Below, in pieces: positions 59,212 to 64,000 of a stretch of 64,000 nucleotides of DNA. A model generated the notes under the pieces. It ran no database searches, had not been told where the DNA came from, and worked only from the letters and a program-made list of their open reading frames with translations. Source of the stretch: an uncultured delta proteobacterium (GTDB lineage: Bacteria; Desulfobacterota; Deferrimicrobia; Deferrimicrobiales; Deferrimicrobiaceae). Positions within the stretch are counted from its first letter, which is position 1. Each line of letters starts with the position of its first letter. The translations under genes and the position numbers were made by a program. The stretch is from assembly GCA_963811025.1 (NCBI GenBank), contig CAWEPX010000027.1, forward strand, positions 219,745 to 283,744. The letters are read 5' to 3'.

Positions 59212-60182
59212 TTCCGCCCCTCCATGAGCCCGGTCACGATATCCTCCTGGATCAGGATATGCGCTTTGCCGATCTGCGTATCGAGCCATGCGCGGAACGC
59301 CTCCTCCCTGCGCTGTCCGAGCAGATCCCTGCGAATCTCCGGCGCCTTTTCGGCGTAGGAATACGGACCGTCGGGCGACTTCCGGACCACGAGGAAGACG
59401 CTGAACATCTTGTCCCGCCGGATGACCCGGCTCGCCCCGCCTGCCGGCAGCCCGAACAACTCCGGGGCGATCTCCTCCGGAAGTTCTTCGCGGGTGAGAA
59501 ACCCCAGGTCGATATCGAGGGGCATGCCCTCCGCGGTGGAGAACCGCTTCCCCAACTCGTCAGGGGAGATCCCCTGCGCCAGCTTCTCCCGCGCTCCGGC
59601 GGCCGTCTCCGGGGAGTCGAAGAGGAACTGGCGGACCCGGATCCGCTCCGGCCGCCTTGCTTTTCCGTACGTATCCCGGTACGCCATCTTCACCTCCTGC
59701 TCGGACACCTCGGCGAGCGGTCGGGCGATCGTCTCCGAGGCCTTCCGATAGAGGATGGAGCGGCGCATCTCTTCCCGCCACTCCTCCGCATCGATTCCCC
59801 TCTCGAGGAGCACCTTTTCCAGCCCTCCCGGGGGGAAGTCGGCGCGGTACCGCCGTACCTCTTCCTCGACCTCCGCCCGGCTCACCGCCACTCCGAGCCG
59901 TTCCCCTTCCTCGAGCACCACAGCCCGCTCGACCAGCTGCCGGAGGGCGCGGGACACTTCCGTCCGGGTCCCGCTGCGCGCCGCCGCGGGAGGGGAAACC
60001 CCGCGCACCCTCGCAATCTCGGTTTTCAGAGCCTTGAGCGTGATCGGTGCTTTATTGACCGTCGCGACGACGACATTCGAATCAGAAGGAGGTTCTGGGC
60101 CTCTCTCGCAGGAATGGAGGCTGACCGCCAAGGTCCAGACAGCAACCAGCCGACAGATCGTGCGAATCCGGGGGTGTGTCAT
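59208..60182 (-). CDS. SurA N-terminal-domain-containing periplasmic protein (second SurA/PpiD-like paralog)
   Basis: Signal peptide; ...VVATVNKAPITLKALKTEIAR... SurA_N-like; 324 aa. Confidence 0.6.
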   Translation of the reverse strand: MTHPRIRTICRLVAVWTLAVSLHSCERGPEPPSDSNVVVATVNKAPITLKALKTEIARVRGVSPPAAARSGTRTEVSRALRQLVERAVVLEEGERLGVAVSRAEVEEEVRRYRADFPPGGLEKVLLERGIDAEEWREEMRRSILYRKASETIARPLAEVSEQEVKMAYRDTYGKARRPERIRVRQFLFDSPETAAGAREKLAQGISPDELGKRFSTAEGMPLDIDLGFLTREELPEEIAPELFGLPAGGASRVIRRDKMFSVFLVVRKSPDGPYSYAEKAPEIRRDLLGQRREEAFRAWLDTQIGKAHILIQEDIVTGLMEGRK

Positions 60183-60196
60183 GCCGCCGGAGGGAA

Positions 60197-61111
60197 TCAG
60201 CGGTCCCCTTGGGGTACCATCCCCCCGTCCGCCGGGACCTCCTTTCCCCCCGGTGGCAAGTCGGGGAACTGCCCCCCAGCCGAGGGGGTACCCTCCAGGC
60301 GTATCTTTGCCTGTTTTTTAAGCTTGTCCACAAGGCTTTCGAAGGCCTCCCGTTGTGCCACCTCTCGCAGTTCGGCAGTGATTTTCCCCTTCACTTCCTC
60401 GAACGGCGGCAGGCCGGCAGGCCGTTTCTCCTGTACCTCGAGTATGTGATATCCATATATCGTCTTCACGGGGCCCACGATCGAATTCTCCGACGCCCCG
60501 AACGCGGCCTTTTCGAAATCCTTGTCGAATGCGCCCCGCTCGATCAGGCCGAGGTCCGCCGTCTTCCCGCCGGCCGCTTCGGCCTCCCGCATCAACTGCT
60601 CGAACGGCTCTCCTTTTTTGGCCCTGCGAGCCATCTCTATTGCCTGTTCCTCGTTCTTGAACAGGATGTGGCGCACCCGGACCCGCTCTCCCTCCTCGTA
60701 GCTTGCCTTGTGCTCCTCGTAATAGTTCCGGAGCTCCTCGTCGGACAAACCGGGGGCACTCTCCGCCGTCTCCCGCAAAAGGGTTTCCAGGAGGATGGAC
60801 TTCCGGGCCTGCTCGAGACGGGCGCGCACTTCGTCCCGCCTGTCGAGGCCGCGGCGCAGCGCCTCCCGCATGAGGAGGTCGCGTGTTATCAGGCTGTCCA
60901 GAAACTGCATCCGGCCCGCCTGGGTCTCCACGATCGGGCGAATGTACGGCGGGAGATTCTCGGCCTCCTTACGGAACATCGATTCGGTGATCCGGTCGCC
61001 TTCCACTACCGCCAGAACGGCGTCCTGCTCCTTCTTTCCCGTGCTCCCGCAGGCGTAAAGGATCGGGACCGACACGGCCACGAAAACGAATACCTTTGCG
61101 AACTTGCGCAT
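60197..61111 (-). CDS. Parvulin-type peptidyl-prolyl cis-trans isomerase lipoprotein (PrsA/PpiC-like)
   Basis: Lipobox LYACG; PpiC domain ...RVRHILFKNEEQAIEMARRAKKGEPFEQLMRE...SIVGPVKTIYGYHILEV. Confidence 0.78.
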   Translation of the reverse strand: MRKFAKVFVFVAVSVPILYACGSTGKKEQDAVLAVVEGDRITESMFRKEAENLPPYIRPIVETQAGRMQFLDSLITRDLLMREALRRGLDRRDEVRARLEQARKSILLETLLRETAESAPGLSDEELRNYYEEHKASYEEGERVRVRHILFKNEEQAIEMARRAKKGEPFEQLMREAEAAGGKTADLGLIERGAFDKDFEKAAFGASENSIVGPVKTIYGYHILEVQEKRPAGLPPFEEVKGKITAELREVAQREAFESLVDKLKKQAKIRLEGTPSAGGQFPDLPPGGKEVPADGGMVPQGDR

Positions 61112-61160
61112 CCGCCGACTCTCCTTCCGGGAATATCGACCAGCCGTTGTGTGAGAAAGA

Positions 61161-63960
61161 CTATATGCTACCGCCCGGGGATAACCGGTTCAACAGGTTT
61201 TTGGCCGCCGCAAGCACCTCCGGGGGAGAGTCGCCGGACAGGCGCACGGAGAGCATCTCGCCGCGCGCGAAGGAGAACGTGTTTCTTTCCTTCGCCACCA
61301 GCCGGACGAGCAAGGAGCGGTCCACCCCGGATCGACCGGAAAGCGCCAGAAAGAGCGCCCCGTTGCCCCGCTTCATCTCCTTCACCCCCATCTCCCGCAT
61401 GATCGCCCGCAGCCGCGTCAGGTCGCAAAGCGCCTCCGCGGGGAGAGGAAGCCGCCCGAAACGGTCCAGCAGCTCCAGCTCAAGCTCGTCGGCTTCCAGG
61501 ACTGTTCGCGAGGCGGCCAACTTCCGGTAGAAGTCCAGCCTTGTCCCCGCTTCCGGGATAAAGTCGTCCGGGAGGAACGCAGGGATCCGGAGGTCGAGTT
61601 CGGGCTCCTCCTCCTCGCAGGCATCCCGGCCGGAGATTTCCGCTACCGCCTCGGACAGAAGCTGCGTGTACAGCTCGTATCCGACCTGGTGGATGTGGCC
61701 GGACTGGTCTTTCCCGAGCAGGTTCCCTCCGCCACGGATCTCCAGGTCATGCGAGGCGATCCGGAACCCCGAACCGAGCTCCGTGAGCTCGGCGATCACC
61801 CCAACCGCATCAACGCTTCCTTCGTCATCATCGCGTCCTCGGGCAGGAGGAAGTAGGCGTAAGCGCGGTGCCGATCGCGACCCACCCGTCCCCGGAGCTG
61901 GTAGAGCTGGGCGAGCCCGAACCGGTGCGCCTGGCTGACGAGGATCGTGTTCGCGTTGGCGATGTCCAGCCCCGCCTCGATGATGGCGGTGCACAGCAAC
62001 AGGTCGGCGCGCCGGCCGGCGAAATCGTCCATGGCGAACGCAAGCTTCTCCTCGTCCATCTGCCCGTGGGCCACGAGGATCCGGACGTGGGGGAGGATCT
62101 CCCGCAGGAAGCGCTCCATGGCCGGCAGGGTCTCCACGCGGTTGTGCACGAAAAAGACCTGCCCCCCCCGGCGGATCTCCCTGTCCACCGCCTCGCGGAT
62201 GACCTCTTCCGAGAAGGGAAGGACGAATGTCCGGATCGAAAGCCGGTCCTCCGGAGGGGTCGCGATTACGCTGATGTCGCGGATGCCGGACATCGCCATG
62301 TGGAGAGTCCGGGGTATGGGGGTCGCTGTGAGGGTCAGAACGTCCACCGAGGCACGCATGCCTTTCAGCTTCTCCTTGTGGGAAACGCCGAACCGCTGCT
62401 CCTCGTCGATGACGACCAAGCCCAGGTTCCGGAAGGAGATGTCCTTCTGCAGCAGCCGGTGGGTGCCGATCACGATGTCCACTTTTCCCGCGGCCAGGTC
62501 TTTCGCCACGTCGGCCTGCTCCTTCCGGGACCGGAACCGCGAAATGCTCTCCATGCGGACCGGATACCCGGAGAGCCGCGCCCGGAAGGTCCGGTAATGC
62601 TGCTCCGCGAGCACGGTCGTGGGGACGAGGACCGCCGCCTGCCGCCCGTCGAGAACCACCTTGAACGCCGCCCGGACCGCCACCTCCGTCTTCCCGTACC
62701 CCACGTCACCGCAAACGAGTCGGTCCATCGGCTTCTCCGCCGCCAGGTCCGCAAGGACCTCCTCGATCACTCTCTGCTGGTCCGGAGTCTCCTCGTGGGG
62801 AAAGCCCGCCTCGAACTCCCGGTAGACCGCATCCGGCAGCGTGTTCGGAGGTCGAGTAGCGATCTGCCTTCTCGCGTACAGTTCCACAAGTTCCTGCGCC
62901 ATCGACAGCAGGGAGTCCCGGACTTTTCTTTTCGCCCGCTGCCACGCGGTGCCGCCGAGGCGGGCGAGACGCGGATGGGCCTCCTCGGATGCGATGTACC
63001 GCTGCACCCGGGACATCTTTTCGACCGGAACAAAGAGCCGGTCTCCCCCGGCATACTCCAGCACGAGGAAGTCCCCTTCCACGCCCGCCGCAACGCGGCG
63101 GAGCAGTCCGCGGTATACACCGACGCCGTGGTCGACGTGGACCGCGAGGTCGTTCACCCGCAGCTCCCGCAGCGAGAACTCCTCGAGCGGCGCGACGGTT
63201 TCCTTCCGGCGTTTCCGGGCGCGCGTCTTTTCCCCGAACACTTCTGCCTCGGTGACCACCGCCACGCCCAGCTCCGGCAACCGAAACCCCCTCGTCACAT
63301 CGGCAAGGCAGAGTGCCACCCCTGCGCCTCCCGTCACGAATTCCCCGAACGAACCGGCCCGGGCGAACGGAAGGGGGTACCGGGACAGAAGCTCCTCCAT
63401 CCGGTCAACCTGCGAGGGGGAGAGCGACGTGATCGCGAACCGGGCTCCCTTCTTCCACCACTCCTTCGCCTCGGTCACCAGCGGAAGGAGAAGTCCCTCG
63501 GAGGGGGAGGATGCGGTGCGACGACGGATGTCCTCGTTCCCCTCTGCATCCATCTCTCCCCGGAGAGAAACTTCCCGCCCGAAGGGTGCGACCTCGAGGG
63601 AGTCGAAAGACAGGAGGGAAATCCCTGCCAGGATGCGGACCAGCTCCTCCGGGGGCACGAAAAGCTCGCCGGGACCAGGGAAATTTCCCTCCTCCCCCGC
63701 GAGAAAGAAGTTCTCCTCCGCCTCGTGGAAGGTGTTTCGCGCGGCCGCGAGGCACCCCGGGGAGTCTTCGGCTACGACGATGCTTCCATTCGCAAGATGA
63801 TCGAAGACGGAGGAGGCGCGGCCGTACAGACGAGGGACCATGGCATCGACCCCGTGGTACCGGATCCCCTGCCTGAGGAGGTCGGAGTTGGGCCCGGGGG
63901 CCCCGTCGGTTGCTGCGAGCAGGAAGTCGCGTCGGGTGATGACCTGGGAGCACGGAATGA
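61161..63960 (-). CDS. mfd: Transcription-repair coupling factor, interrupted by a deletion in a G4/C4 run (~61801-61804); 5' end beyond window
   Basis: ...VCGDVGYGKTEVAVRAAF...DEEQRFGVSHKEKLK... helicase motifs. C-terminus ...IAELTELGSGFRIASHDLEIRGGGNLLGKDQSGHIHQVGYELY... is in ORF 61161..61994 and joins as ...EALMRLG/VIAELTEL. The ORF continues open to position 63960. Confidence 0.9.
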
Positions 63961-64000
63961 CGGTCAGCTCCCCACCCTCGGCCGCCGTGCGCTGGGTCGC

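Overview
This is a high-GC (~65%) bacterial chromosomal segment, with most genes on the minus strand. Its content (sigma-54 regulation, multiheme c-type cytochromes, NifX/MinD-ferredoxin modules) suggests an anaerobic, Deltaproteobacteria-like organism, but taxonomy is not established. The dominant feature is a ~24 kb block of 25 co-oriented respiratory complex I genes: an 11-gene nuo2 set (A,B,C,D,H-N, lacking nuoE, nuoF and nuoG) directly followed, after a 13-bp gap, by the complete nuoA-N set. Flanking genes: partial wrbA, a U32-family Fe-S protein, a YbgC-like thioesterase, an AI-2E transporter, a benzoate-CoA-ligase-like synthetase, two tandem family III CoA-transferases, hemL, the F0 part of an ATP synthase operon (atpZ/I/B/E), bacterioferritin, and a cluster of four NifX-like proteins, two MinD-ferredoxin ATPases, DUF134, a DUF5320-like protein, a radical SAM protein and a ZIP transporter downstream of a PAS-sigma-54 activator gene with a matching -24/-12 promoter. 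Further downstream: an octaheme cytochrome, and a rhodanese-domain lipoprotein separated from a signal-peptide-less 9-heme cytochrome only by an in-frame TGA. The window ends with a uvrA-pdxA-surA-like/PPIase-mfd block. A GC-rich REP-like hairpin repeat occurs at three intergenic sites. At least 15 otherwise intact genes are interrupted by single-base frameshifts, several in homopolymer runs, which points to assembly indel errors rather than pseudogenes. No CRISPR array, transposon or obvious defence system was seen.
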